In this document: positions 1-8,439 of the stretch, piece after piece
Position numbering within the stretch: the first letter of the stretch is position 1
Layout: every line of letters begins with the position of its first letter
Source: Candidatus Omnitrophota bacterium
GTDB taxonomy: Bacteria; Omnitrophota; Gorgyraeia; M55B152
DNA: 52,505 bases
Reading direction: 5' to 3'
Assembly (NCBI GenBank): GCA_018399975.1
Contig: JAGYNU010000002.1
Span: forward strand, 1 to 52,505
The notes under the pieces: generated by a model
What the model was told of the DNA's origin: nothing
The model's input: only the letters and a program-made list of their open reading frames with translations
Database searches by the model: none
Translations under genes and position numbers: made by a program

Positions 1-3
1 TCA

Positions 4-258
4 TTAAATCAAATATTTATAATATAAAACTAAAGTTACAATTAATGTAAAAAATATTACAGCATTAGCAACTATTATAATAATATCATTTAAATGCATC
101 CCATAAATCATCCATAAAAGCACACCTATACTAAACTGAATCAATGTCCCTAAACTAACATCTTTAACAGACTTTGTTTTTACCATCTTAAATATCTGTG
201 GGACAAAACCAAACATAGTAAGTAAAGCCGCACCTGTTCCTACAAAATGCCATATCAT
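4..258 (-). CDS. SemiSWEET / PQ-loop small membrane transporter (84 aa)
   Basis: Three hydrophobic helices in 84 aa with a PQ motif in helix 1 (FGFVPQIFKMVKTK). GGAG lies 8 nt upstream of ATG 258. Confidence 0.55.
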   Translation of the reverse strand: MIWHFVGTGAALLTMFGFVPQIFKMVKTKSVKDVSLGTLIQFSIGVLLWMIYGMHLNDIIIIVANAVIFFTLIVTLVLYYKYLI

Positions 259-288
259 GATATAGCTCCTAACTTATTTAACTCTTAG

Positions 289-1326
289 TTAAAAAATCCC
301 CCGATTTTTTAAAACCCAATTTACAATTTTCTCCACACCTTCATCTACAGTTACCTCAGGCTCCCAATTAAGAATCTTTTTTAACTTATCTATATTGCTG
401 ATATAAACTTTCTGGTCACTTGGACGCCAGTCATCATAAGAAATATCGATTTTTTTACCAGTAATTTTTCCTATCTTATCTAAAAATTCCAATAAAGATG
501 CAGTATTTTCAGGACCTCCACCAATATTAAATACATGAGAACCTTTTAAATCGGATTCTATGAAACTATCAAATGCTTTAACCAAATCAGCAGCATATAA
601 AAGGTCTCTTACCTGCTTACCATCACCATATATGGTAATTGGTTTACCCAAAAGTGCAGCTATAACAAACCAAGCTACCCATCCCTGGTCTTCGAAACCA
701 TATTGATGCGTACCGTAAGTGCAACTCATACGAAAAGCTGCTGTCTTCATACCATATATATGCCCGTATTCCTGGACATAAATGTCTCCGGTAAATTTCG
801 AAGCTCCATAAGGAGTATGTCCCGTTAAATCTATACCTAAATCTTCGGGTATCCCTCTTATATTTTTATAAACATATCTTTTATCTTTTTCCTCCAGTTT
901 TATCTTATCTACATTCTCACCGTACACCTTATTAGTAGAACAGTATACAAACGCAGCATCAGGTGAAACATTTCTTACACATTCCAAAACATTTAATGTC
1001 CCATAAGCATTAATCGAAAAATCCTCTCTGGGGTCTCTTACAGAAGACGGCACTCCCGGCTGTCCTGCAGTATGAATAACCGCATCTACTCCATCCCCTA
1101 AAGCACCTAAAACATCATCTTTGTTTCTTACATCTCCTTTAATAAGCTTTATATTTTTATACTGCTTTAAATAATTCCAGTTAAACTCAACACTTTCTTT
1201 ATTGTAACCAAAAAGTTTAGACCGCATTAAGTTATCTAAAACTATAACCTCATCTCCCTTTTTAGCATAATATTCAGCAGTATGGGAACCTACCATTCCA
1301 GCTCCACCAGTAACCAATATTTTCAT
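289..1326 (-). CDS. NAD-dependent sugar epimerase/dehydratase (extended SDR)
   Basis: Rossmann motif VTGGAGMVGSH and catalytic YGASK. ATG 1326 (MKILVTGG) is preceded by GGGGAG. The track start 1341 is an upstream TTG. Confidence 0.85.
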   Translation of the reverse strand: MKILVTGGAGMVGSHTAEYYAKKGDEVIVLDNLMRSKLFGYNKESVEFNWNYLKQYKNIKLIKGDVRNKDDVLGALGDGVDAVIHTAGQPGVPSSVRDPREDFSINAYGTLNVLECVRNVSPDAAFVYCSTNKVYGENVDKIKLEEKDKRYVYKNIRGIPEDLGIDLTGHTPYGASKFTGDIYVQEYGHIYGMKTAAFRMSCTYGTHQYGFEDQGWVAWFVIAALLGKPITIYGDGKQVRDLLYAADLVKAFDSFIESDLKGSHVFNIGGGPENTASLLEFLDKIGKITGKKIDISYDDWRPSDQKVYISNIDKLKKILNWEPEVTVDEGVEKIVNWVLKNRGIF

Positions 1327-1343
1327 ATTACTCCCCTTCAATT

Positions 1344-1380
1344 AGCTCATAGCTCTTGGCTCATAGTTCTTAGTTCATAG
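1344..1380. repeat. Tandem heptamer array AGCTCAT/AGCTCTT/GGCTCAT/AGTTCTT/AGTTCAT
   Basis: Five in-phase 7-mers read directly from the sequence. The same words recur at 49885-49907. Confidence 0.8.
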
Positions 1381-1432
1381 TAAAAAAGATCTCTATTTAA
1401 TTTTTGATTTTACTTTTGCCATCAGCTACGAA

Positions 1433-2623
1433 CTATAAGCTAAAAGCTAATTTTAACACTCTGACAACATACTCTATTTGTTCTTTTTTTATACCAGGAA
1501 ACATAGGTAATGAAAGTATTTCCAAAGCAATTTTTTCACTCACAGGAAAATCTTTTTCTTTATATTTTAATTCGCTATATGCTTTTTGCAAATGTAACGG
1601 AATAGGATAATGAATAATAGCGCTTATATTATTATCATTTAATTTTTCAATTACTTTACTACGTTTATTATCTTTAATCCTAACCCCATACACATGATAT
1701 ACATGTTTAGCATAATCTTTTTCAATAGGAGTTATTATTTCATCAATATCACATAATAAACTATTGTAATATTCTGCATTATTTCTGCGCAGTTCGTTCC
1801 ATTTATCTAATTTTTTAAGTTTAGCTTTAAGTATCACAGCCTGGACTGTATCTAACCTGGAATTATAACCTATCTCCACATGATGATACTTATCTTTCCT
1901 GCCATAATTTCTTAATCTATATAATCTATCTCTTAACTCTTTATTATTAGTAACTACCATTCCAGCATCACCAAAAGCAGCTAAATTCTTAGTAGGATAA
2001 AAACTAAAACATCCCACATCCCCAAAACTCCCAACCTTACGTCCATCATTTATCGTCTCTCGTCCATCATTTTTCTTATTCGTGTCGATTCGTGATTTTG
2101 AATTAGTGTTGATTCGCGTAGGTCGATAGACCGCCCCATGCGCCTGTGCACAATCTTCGATTATTTTAATATTATATTTATCTGAAATATCTAATATTGG
2201 CTGCATATCAACAGGATTACCGTATAAATGAACCACCATAATAGCTTTAGTCTTATCGGTAATTTTATCCTCAATCAAATCAGGATTAATATTATAAGTA
2301 TCTTCTTCTATATCACAAAAAACAGGCTTAGCTCCTGTATAAGAAATAGCTAACGATGAAGCTATATAGGTAAACGCAGGCACTATTACTTCGTCTCCAG
2401 CTCCTATATTCAACGCTTTTAAAGCCAGAAACAAAGCATCTGTCCCAGAATTAACACCAACTCCATAATCAACACCGCAATATTCTGCAAATTCATTTTC
2501 GAATTCCTCTACTTCTTTACCTAAAATAAAATTACCTTTTTTGAAAACTTTCTGTAAATTGGTATCAATTTCATCTCTTATCTCTTTATATTGAATGCTT
2601 AAATCCAAAAATGGCACTTCCAT
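1433..2623 (-). CDS. DegT/DnrJ/EryC1/StrS-family PLP-dependent sugar aminotransferase, with atypical in-frame insertion
   Basis: Family-typical N-terminus MEVPFLDL, then GVNSGTDAL, AQAHGA and SFYPTKNL. ATG 2623 has an AAGGA upstream. An extra ~27 aa is encoded at 2046-2126. Confidence 0.85.
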   Translation of the reverse strand: MEVPFLDLSIQYKEIRDEIDTNLQKVFKKGNFILGKEVEEFENEFAEYCGVDYGVGVNSGTDALFLALKALNIGAGDEVIVPAFTYIASSLAISYTGAKPVFCDIEEDTYNINPDLIEDKITDKTKAIMVVHLYGNPVDMQPILDISDKYNIKIIEDCAQAHGAVYRPTRINTNSKSRIDTNKKNDGRETINDGRKVGSFGDVGCFSFYPTKNLAAFGDAGMVVTNNKELRDRLYRLRNYGRKDKYHHVEIGYNSRLDTVQAVILKAKLKKLDKWNELRRNNAEYYNSLLCDIDEIITPIEKDYAKHVYHVYGVRIKDNKRSKVIEKLNDNNISAIIHYPIPLHLQKAYSELKYKEKDFPVSEKIALEILSLPMFPGIKKEQIEYVVRVLKLAFSL

Positions 2624-2685
2624 AATTCTGCTTTCCTTTCTATACAATAATATTTTAGATTATAAATAAAACTTTAAGATATGTA

Positions 2686-3762
2686 CTAAACACTAACTAC
2701 ATTCTTTACTACAGTTAAAACTTCTTTAGGCTTTATTTCATTTATGCACCTATTATCATTATTACATTTAGGCATTTTAAATCTATGATAACATGGCCTG
2801 CATGGAAGCGATTTAGAAATTACCACATTATCATTATTAGCAGGATATGGACCATAAACTTTTTCATCTACGGGCCCAAAGATAGATATTGTTTTGATTC
2901 CACACCCGACTCCCACATGTAAAGGATATCCGTCATTACAAATTAACAAATTGCATTTTTCTAAAAGGGCAGCAAAGGTCAAAAGATCGATTCCACCTGC
3001 TAAATTATATACATTTTCTATATTATCTAAATAACTTATTACACCGTCACAAATCTTTTTTTCGTCATCCAAGCCAAATAAAATAATACGAGCATTAAGC
3101 TCTTTAACTAAACTATCTATAATTTCAGCAAAATATCTTGCAGGCCAATATTCATAACCAACATTACTACCGCAACTTACTCCACCTGCAGGAGCAATCC
3201 CTATTAACAATTTATTATCTTCTATACCCTTATCTTTTAAAATATTTTCAGCTTTATTTTTGTTATCTTCCGGAATATGAAGTTTAATTAAACCAACCTT
3301 TACTGTTATCCCAAGATATTTAAGCAACTTTAAATAATATTCAGCTACATGACTATCCCTATATCCATCGATGGCAATCTTAATACTTAAAAAAGTCCCC
3401 TTGTTTTTATAATTATATCCTATCCTCGTTCTAATACCTATTAACATAAGAAGAAAACTGTACCACCTTTCTAAAGACAAATCAAAAACCACATTATACT
3501 TATCTTTCTTTATAGACTTTAATAAATTTACTATTTCTTTAACATATCTAACTTTGGGATGCCTACAGATAGCCTTGAATTTCTCTCTTTCATAAACATA
3601 AATATTATCGATATCTAAATTTGCTTCTAAAAGAGGTTTAGCTTTTTTATTACACAAAAATCCAATTTTAGACTTTGGATAAGCCTCTTTTAAAACCTGA
3701 ATCATAGGGGTAGTCAATAAAACATCCCCAACACCAAAAAAATTAATAATTAGAAAATTCAT
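2686..3762 (-). CDS. Glycosyltransferase family 9 (heptosyltransferase-like)
   Basis: N-terminus MNFLIINFFGVGDVLLTTP and C-terminal DGYPLHVGVGCG resemble the GT9 fold. The start is uncertain: ATG 3762 versus GTG 3804, neither with an SD. Confidence 0.65.
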   Translation of the reverse strand: MNFLIINFFGVGDVLLTTPMIQVLKEAYPKSKIGFLCNKKAKPLLEANLDIDNIYVYEREKFKAICRHPKVRYVKEIVNLLKSIKKDKYNVVFDLSLERWYSFLLMLIGIRTRIGYNYKNKGTFLSIKIAIDGYRDSHVAEYYLKLLKYLGITVKVGLIKLHIPEDNKNKAENILKDKGIEDNKLLIGIAPAGGVSCGSNVGYEYWPARYFAEIIDSLVKELNARIILFGLDDEKKICDGVISYLDNIENVYNLAGGIDLLTFAALLEKCNLLICNDGYPLHVGVGCGIKTISIFGPVDEKVYGPYPANNDNVVISKSLPCRPCYHRFKMPKCNNDNRCINEIKPKEVLTVVKNVVSV

Positions 3763-3866
3763 TTTTAAAAATAGATTTTCTTTAGGATAAGTAGATAAAT
3801 ACACCCAAGAAATTATATCTCAGCCTACTCGAATTGAAATCCATTATATCATTTAACTTAAAATGG

Positions 3867-4089
3867 AACCCCACGGGGCAAGCCCTGTGAAATATACTTT
3901 TGTATTTCACGGGGCAAGCCCGTGGTACCTTTATGTACCCGTCTTCGCCAAACACTTATTGTGTTTGGCTTCGCCGAGGTTATCCGCCAACACATTTAGG
4001 TGGCTCCTTCATTTGGTGACATCTCGCCGAAGCATAACTTTCGCATTCATCCACGGGGAAACCCGTGGTTTTCTGCGAAGGCGGATAAA
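3867..4089. repeat. 223-bp multi-hairpin interspersed element, copy A
   Basis: Near-identical to 16247-16469. Shorter derivatives lie at 45643-45830 and 46160-46202. It is GC-rich relative to its surroundings and ends 5 nt from the stop codon at 4095. Confidence 0.9.
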
Positions 4090-4094
4090 AATAT

Positions 4095-4955
4095 CTAATC
4101 TACAAAAAAATCATAAAACAAAAACCACTGTTCCGGATATTTGTAAATATAATTTTCCATAGTATGGATGTATTTTTGAGTTAAAATACTTATTTTTTTA
4201 CTTTTGTCTTTTTCAGCGATTTGTTCGGGATAAACAGGCCGTTCAAATACCAAATCAAATCCATTGTTTTTACGAATCATATAAGCCGAAACTACAGCAG
4301 AATTTGTTTGTATACTCAATACTGCAGGCCCTCTTGGAACTATAACAGTCTTTCCAAAAAATTTTGCTTTAATTCCTGTACCCCCATAGCGCCTATCTGC
4401 TAACAAAGCTACAATTTGGTTAGATATTAACCTTTTATAACACTGTTTATAAGCTCTCCCTACTGGAATAACATTAATTTTCTTTTGGGTCCTTTGTTTT
4501 AAAAAAAAACTTTCAACAGCCTGCCTAGTATGAGGCATAGCAACTGCATTAAACGGATATCCTAACAAAGGCAATACTACTCCACCTAATTCCCAACAAC
4601 CTACATGTCCAGTCAAAGCTATTACTCCACCTTTTTTTAAAGCTTCATCAATATATTTTAAATTTTTTACTCTTATATACTTATCTACAAACTCTTTATC
4701 TATTTTAGAAAATCTGCAAAAATCGACAAGGCTCTTGGCAAAATTTTCAAATATTTTTACAACTAACAGCCTCTTTTCTCTTTTAATAAATTTTCCTTCG
4801 AATATCCGAGTTAAATTACTAAAAACAATATTACGTGCTCTATAAGCTAACAGATAATAGATATAAGAAACTATTTTGGAAAATCTATAAATAAGCCTTA
4901 AAGGTAAATTTACAGACAGGAATTTGCAAAATTTGTATATAACTAAACCAAACAT
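4095..4955 (-). CDS. Lysophospholipid / lipid A (LpxL-HtrB-like) acyltransferase
   Basis: N-terminal TM segment, an H-x4-E acyltransferase motif (GHVGCWELGG) and family-like length of 286 aa. Confidence 0.65.
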   Translation of the reverse strand: MFGLVIYKFCKFLSVNLPLRLIYRFSKIVSYIYYLLAYRARNIVFSNLTRIFEGKFIKREKRLLVVKIFENFAKSLVDFCRFSKIDKEFVDKYIRVKNLKYIDEALKKGGVIALTGHVGCWELGGVVLPLLGYPFNAVAMPHTRQAVESFFLKQRTQKKINVIPVGRAYKQCYKRLISNQIVALLADRRYGGTGIKAKFFGKTVIVPRGPAVLSIQTNSAVVSAYMIRKNNGFDLVFERPVYPEQIAEKDKSKKISILTQKYIHTMENYIYKYPEQWFLFYDFFVD

Positions 4956-4962
4956 TTATCAA

Positions 4963-6084
4963 TTAATTTTGAGTTAAACTACAAATTAAATCAGTAATTT
5001 TAAGGCTCGAATCAATAATTTTGTTTTTATTAATTGTATCTTTTATATGATTATACTGATCTTTGTTAATTAATAATTCCTTAACTAATACAGCTGTCCC
5101 TTCAGGAGTATCTGCTTTTAAAGCCATGCCTTTTTCCAGTAAAAATTTTGCATTATTTTTTTCCTGTCCAGGAATGGGATTAAAAATAACCATTGGTAAT
5201 CCCTTTGCTATGGCTTCTGAAGTTGTTATACCTCCAGGTTTTGTCACTAAAATACTTGTTATCTGCATTAATTTTTCTATATGATCAAAGTATTCAAAAA
5301 CATTTGTTTGATGCGAAAAAGATTTTCTCTTCTTAATCAAATATTTATAAAGTTTATTATTTATACCAGTTATAACAACTACTTGAAAATCTAAGTCAAG
5401 TTTATCTATATAAAAAACTATTTTTTTGATAGGGCCTAACCCTTGACTTCCTCCCATTATTAGAATTATAGGTTTTTTTTGGTTTAAACCATAAACCGAA
5501 TATAAATTTTCACGATTATCTGCCTTTAAAAATTCAGGAACTATGGGTATGCCGTATATTTTTATTTTTTCTTTAGATATTCCTTCTTTTACCAAGCGTA
5601 ACCTTGCTTTTTCACTAGCAACAATATAAAAATCCACATTGGAATATAACCAAAAAGAATGTGGATAATAATCTGTAAGTACAGCAACTAAAGGTAAATC
5701 TGGTAAATATGAATTCTTATAATTCGAAACCAAACCACATGGAAAAGCCTGCGTACAAACTACTACATCTGGATTGTATTCTTTCATTAATGAATTTAAT
5801 TTAATAGAATTATACTTGTGAATAAGCTCTTTAAATTTTTGAGATTTTTTAACTATATTGGGATTATCATATAAATATTCCCAAACTTCTGGCGTTTTTC
5901 TTATTAACGAAAGATAAGAATTATATATTATTTTACTCGCAACCGGGTTAATATAATTGAAACTATCAAGTGTAAGAACATCTACATTGGGTGAATTTAA
6001 TTTAATAGTTTGTTCAATAGCTTGAGCAGCCCTAAAATGACCTGAATACTGATTAATATAAAAAATAAGAATTTTAGAACTCAT
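4963..6084 (-). CDS. MGDG-synthase-like / GT28 diacylglycerol glycosyltransferase
   Basis: N-terminal MGDG-synthase-type region (ILIFYINQYSGHFRAA) plus a GT28 C-terminal region (IMGGSQGLGP, KPGGITTSEA). Confidence 0.7.
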   Translation of the reverse strand: MSSKILIFYINQYSGHFRAAQAIEQTIKLNSPNVDVLTLDSFNYINPVASKIIYNSYLSLIRKTPEVWEYLYDNPNIVKKSQKFKELIHKYNSIKLNSLMKEYNPDVVVCTQAFPCGLVSNYKNSYLPDLPLVAVLTDYYPHSFWLYSNVDFYIVASEKARLRLVKEGISKEKIKIYGIPIVPEFLKADNRENLYSVYGLNQKKPIILIMGGSQGLGPIKKIVFYIDKLDLDFQVVVITGINNKLYKYLIKKRKSFSHQTNVFEYFDHIEKLMQITSILVTKPGGITTSEAIAKGLPMVIFNPIPGQEKNNAKFLLEKGMALKADTPEGTAVLVKELLINKDQYNHIKDTINKNKIIDSSLKITDLICSLTQN

Positions 6085-6093
6085 TGTATAAGA

Positions 6094-7260
6094 CTAAGAT
6101 ATAGAGGAAAGGAATTTCTGTATTCGATTAGTAGCTTCTTTCAGTTTTTTTAAATTGGATGCATAAGAAACCCTTACAAATTTATCACCTTCAATCCCTC
6201 CAAAAGCAATTCCCGGAATTACAGCTACTTTCTGCTCTTTTACCAAATCTTTAGCAAAATCCACTGAATTATTATAAGACCCACTTATATCAGGATATAA
6301 GTAAAATGACCCATAAGGCTCCTGGCATTTTAAACCCATTTCATTAAACCTTTTTACCAAAAAATTTTTTCGTTTGGTATATTCTTTAACCATATACTCT
6401 ACCGAACTTTTAGAATGTTTTAATGCTTCTACTGCTGCAAGTTGACTCATAATAGGAGCGCACAACATATTATACTGATGTATTTTAGTCATTGCTGAAA
6501 TAACTTTCTCTGGTCCACATGCATAACCTACACGCCATCCAGTCATAGCATAAGCTTTAGAAAAACCATTTAAATACACAGTTCTATCCTTCATATTTTT
6601 AATAAAAGGAAAAGGAACATGTTTAAATTTATAACTAAGGCGGTCATATATCTCATCGCTAATTACAACAATGTTATATTTTTCTACTATTTTAGCAATA
6701 CTTTTAAGTTCTTCTTCATTATATGAAACACCTGTAGGATTTGATGGATAGTTAAAAATAAAAGCCTTTATATTTTTTTCTCTTTTACATATTTTTTCTA
6801 ATTGTGTTGAAGTAAATTTGAATTCCTTATCAGATTTCGTATTTAATAAAACAGGAATACCTCCTGCTAACTCTGTAAGAGGCTGATAAGAAACATATGA
6901 AGGCGTAGGAATTAAAACTTTATCGCCTGGCTCAATCAACGCCCTTATAACTAAATCTAAACCTTGACTTACTCCAGATGTAATTAAGATTTCCTTATCA
7001 GGATTATATTGTAACCCATAAGAATTGTTTAAAAATTCAGAAATTTCAACACGCAATTCCAACAATCCTTTATTAGAAGTATAAGAAGTGTATCCCTTTT
7101 CTAAGGAAAAAATAGAATACTCGCAAATATTCCATGGAGTTGTAAAATCAGGTTCTCCCACTCCTAAAGAAATAACACCTTCCATGCCTATAACAAGATC
7201 AAAAAACTCTCTTATCCCTGATGGTGCTATATTTTCAACTTTCTTATTTATTTTTATCAT
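6094..7260 (-). CDS. Class I/II PLP-dependent aminotransferase
   Basis: Motifs NYPSNPTG and SKAYAMTGWRVGY (PLP lysine); 388 aa. Confidence 0.85.
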   Translation of the reverse strand: MIKINKKVENIAPSGIREFFDLVIGMEGVISLGVGEPDFTTPWNICEYSIFSLEKGYTSYTSNKGLLELRVEISEFLNNSYGLQYNPDKEILITSGVSQGLDLVIRALIEPGDKVLIPTPSYVSYQPLTELAGGIPVLLNTKSDKEFKFTSTQLEKICKREKNIKAFIFNYPSNPTGVSYNEEELKSIAKIVEKYNIVVISDEIYDRLSYKFKHVPFPFIKNMKDRTVYLNGFSKAYAMTGWRVGYACGPEKVISAMTKIHQYNMLCAPIMSQLAAVEALKHSKSSVEYMVKEYTKRKNFLVKRFNEMGLKCQEPYGSFYLYPDISGSYNNSVDFAKDLVKEQKVAVIPGIAFGGIEGDKFVRVSYASNLKKLKEATNRIQKFLSSIS

Positions 7261-7274
7261 AATTCTTATAAAAT

Positions 7275-7760
7275 TTAATATGTTATTGCTATTCGTTTAT
7301 CTCTTTCTACCTGTTCTAAAATATCTCCGTCTTCTTTATATTTCTTTAATAAAATATGAGTAACTGTTCCACTAACACCTTCCATAGGAGCCAACTTTTC
7401 CGCCACAAAATTAGATATAGTATGTATATCTTTTCCACAAACTGTAAGTAACAAATCATAAGTTCCAGAAAGTAAATAACAACTTACAACTTCAGGAAAT
7501 CTATAAATCTTCTCCGCTAAATAATCAAATCCTTTATTTTTTTGCGGAACCACATTAACTTCGATTAAAGCTCTTATTTCTTCTGAATCCGATTTCAATA
7601 AGTCTTTATTTATAACTGTCTTATATCTTACAATGACCCCAGCTTCTTCATATTTTTTAATAGCTTTCTTGATTCTATCTACCTTTTTATCAGTAACTTT
7701 AGCTATATCTTCAGGCGTCATTTTAGCATTCTGTTCTAATAACTCTAATATTTCATCCAT
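7275..7760 (-). CDS. Lrp/AsnC-family transcriptional regulator
   Basis: N-terminal HTH (LELLEQNAKMTPEDIAKVTD) and a C-terminal AsnC-type domain. A strong GGGAGG SD precedes ATG 7760. Confidence 0.75.
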   Translation of the reverse strand: MDEILELLEQNAKMTPEDIAKVTDKKVDRIKKAIKKYEEAGVIVRYKTVINKDLLKSDSEEIRALIEVNVVPQKNKGFDYLAEKIYRFPEVVSCYLLSGTYDLLLTVCGKDIHTISNFVAEKLAPMEGVSGTVTHILLKKYKEDGDILEQVERDKRIAITY

Positions 7761-7800
7761 TATAAAACCTCCCTTAATTTACTCACTTCGTTTGTAAATA

Positions 7801-7922
7801 CGCAGATTGGCACAGATTTTTAAAACACCACACAAGATTAGCACAGATAAATGATCAAGATACAATTATTTAATATTCAAACTAATACTTTTATTTGGTC
7901 ATTGTAATTTGGTTATTCTCAT
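7801..7922. repeat. ~125-bp conserved repeat core, copy I (CACAGAT words ... ATTCTCATG)
   Basis: Aligns with 17089-17229 and 27921-28050 with only a few substitutions or small indels. A partial copy lies at 41840-41890. Confidence 0.9.
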
Positions 7923-8185
7923 GTCCTATGTCCTAGGTCCTATGTCCTAGGTCCTATGTCTTGCTACTTGCTACTTGCTACTTGTTACTTGTTACTTGCT
8001 ACTTGTTACTTGCTACTTGTTACTTGTTACCTGTTACCTGTTACCTGTAACCTGTAGCTTGTAGCTTGTTTTTCGTCATTCGTCATTCGCCTGCCTGCCG
8101 GCAGGCAGGGATTTCGTCATTTGTTTGTTACTTGTTACTTGTTACCTGTTACCTGTAACCTGTAGCTTGCAGCTTGTAGCTTGTA
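7922..8185. repeat. Phase-locked tandem heptamer arrays (TGTCCTA > CTACTTG > TTACCTG > TAGCTTG), split by TCGTCAT words and a palindrome
   Basis: 21 consecutive in-phase 7-mers at 7922-8068. A second array lies at 8123-8185. The region ends 10 nt before the stop codon at 8196. Confidence 0.9.
8090..8109. repeat. 20-bp perfect palindrome CCTGCCTGCCGGCAGGCAGG
   Basis: A second full copy lies at 17124-17143. Left-half copies lie at 17075-17088 and 27907-27920. It is absent from otherwise identical flanks at 28190-28200 and 41955-41965. Confidence 0.9.
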
Positions 8186-8195
8186 TACTCTGTTT

Positions 8196-8438
8196 TTAGT
8201 CAGGTGTATCTATAATTGCCAAATTATTTCCAACAACTACCTTTTCTCCTTCCTCGACACAACGCTCAAGAAGAACTCCTGCAATAGGACTAGTTATGCT
8301 ATAAGTATTCTCCGCAGAACTTATTTCTATTAAATCATCCCCTATTTCTATTTCTTCATCCTCTTCAAAATACCAGTAAGTAACAATGCCCTCTACTATT
8401 TCATCATTTATAGGAGAAAAACGAATTTCTTCCTCCAT
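8196..8438 (-). CDS. Lipoyl/biotinyl-attachment-like domain protein lacking the modifiable lysine (80 aa)
   Basis: The sequence EGIVTYWYF..IGDDLIEISSAENTYSITSPIAGVL..GEKVVVGNNLAIID aligns to the lipoyl-domain pattern, with E in place of the lipoyl-lysine. AAAGGAGA SD is present and the start is coupled to the mdh stop. Confidence 0.6.
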   Translation of the reverse strand: MEEEIRFSPINDEIVEGIVTYWYFEEDEEIEIGDDLIEISSAENTYSITSPIAGVLLERCVEEGEKVVVGNNLAIIDTPD

Positions 8439-8439
8439 A

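Noticed and set aside
3863-4162. 99-aa plus-strand ORF starting at the ATG at the left edge of the 223-bp element.
   Set aside because: The ORF is not conserved in the other copies. Copy B hits TGA after ~20 codons, and copy C has no ATG. The sequence is explained by nested hairpins.
7840-7900. Possible sigma70 promoter inside the ~125-bp conserved core (minus strand TTGAAT ... GATCAT or TTGTAT ... TAATCT).
   Set aside because: Hexamer matches are weak (about 4/6 each) and spacing is only marginally acceptable. This does not separate from chance in AT-rich DNA. It is kept only as a hypothesis to test by 5'-end mapping.
7922-8185. Possible CRISPR array, given regular short repeats in non-coding DNA.
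   Set aside because: The period is 7 nt with no spacers. The units are contiguous and degenerate. No cas genes are present, and no repeats of 24-40 nt were seen.
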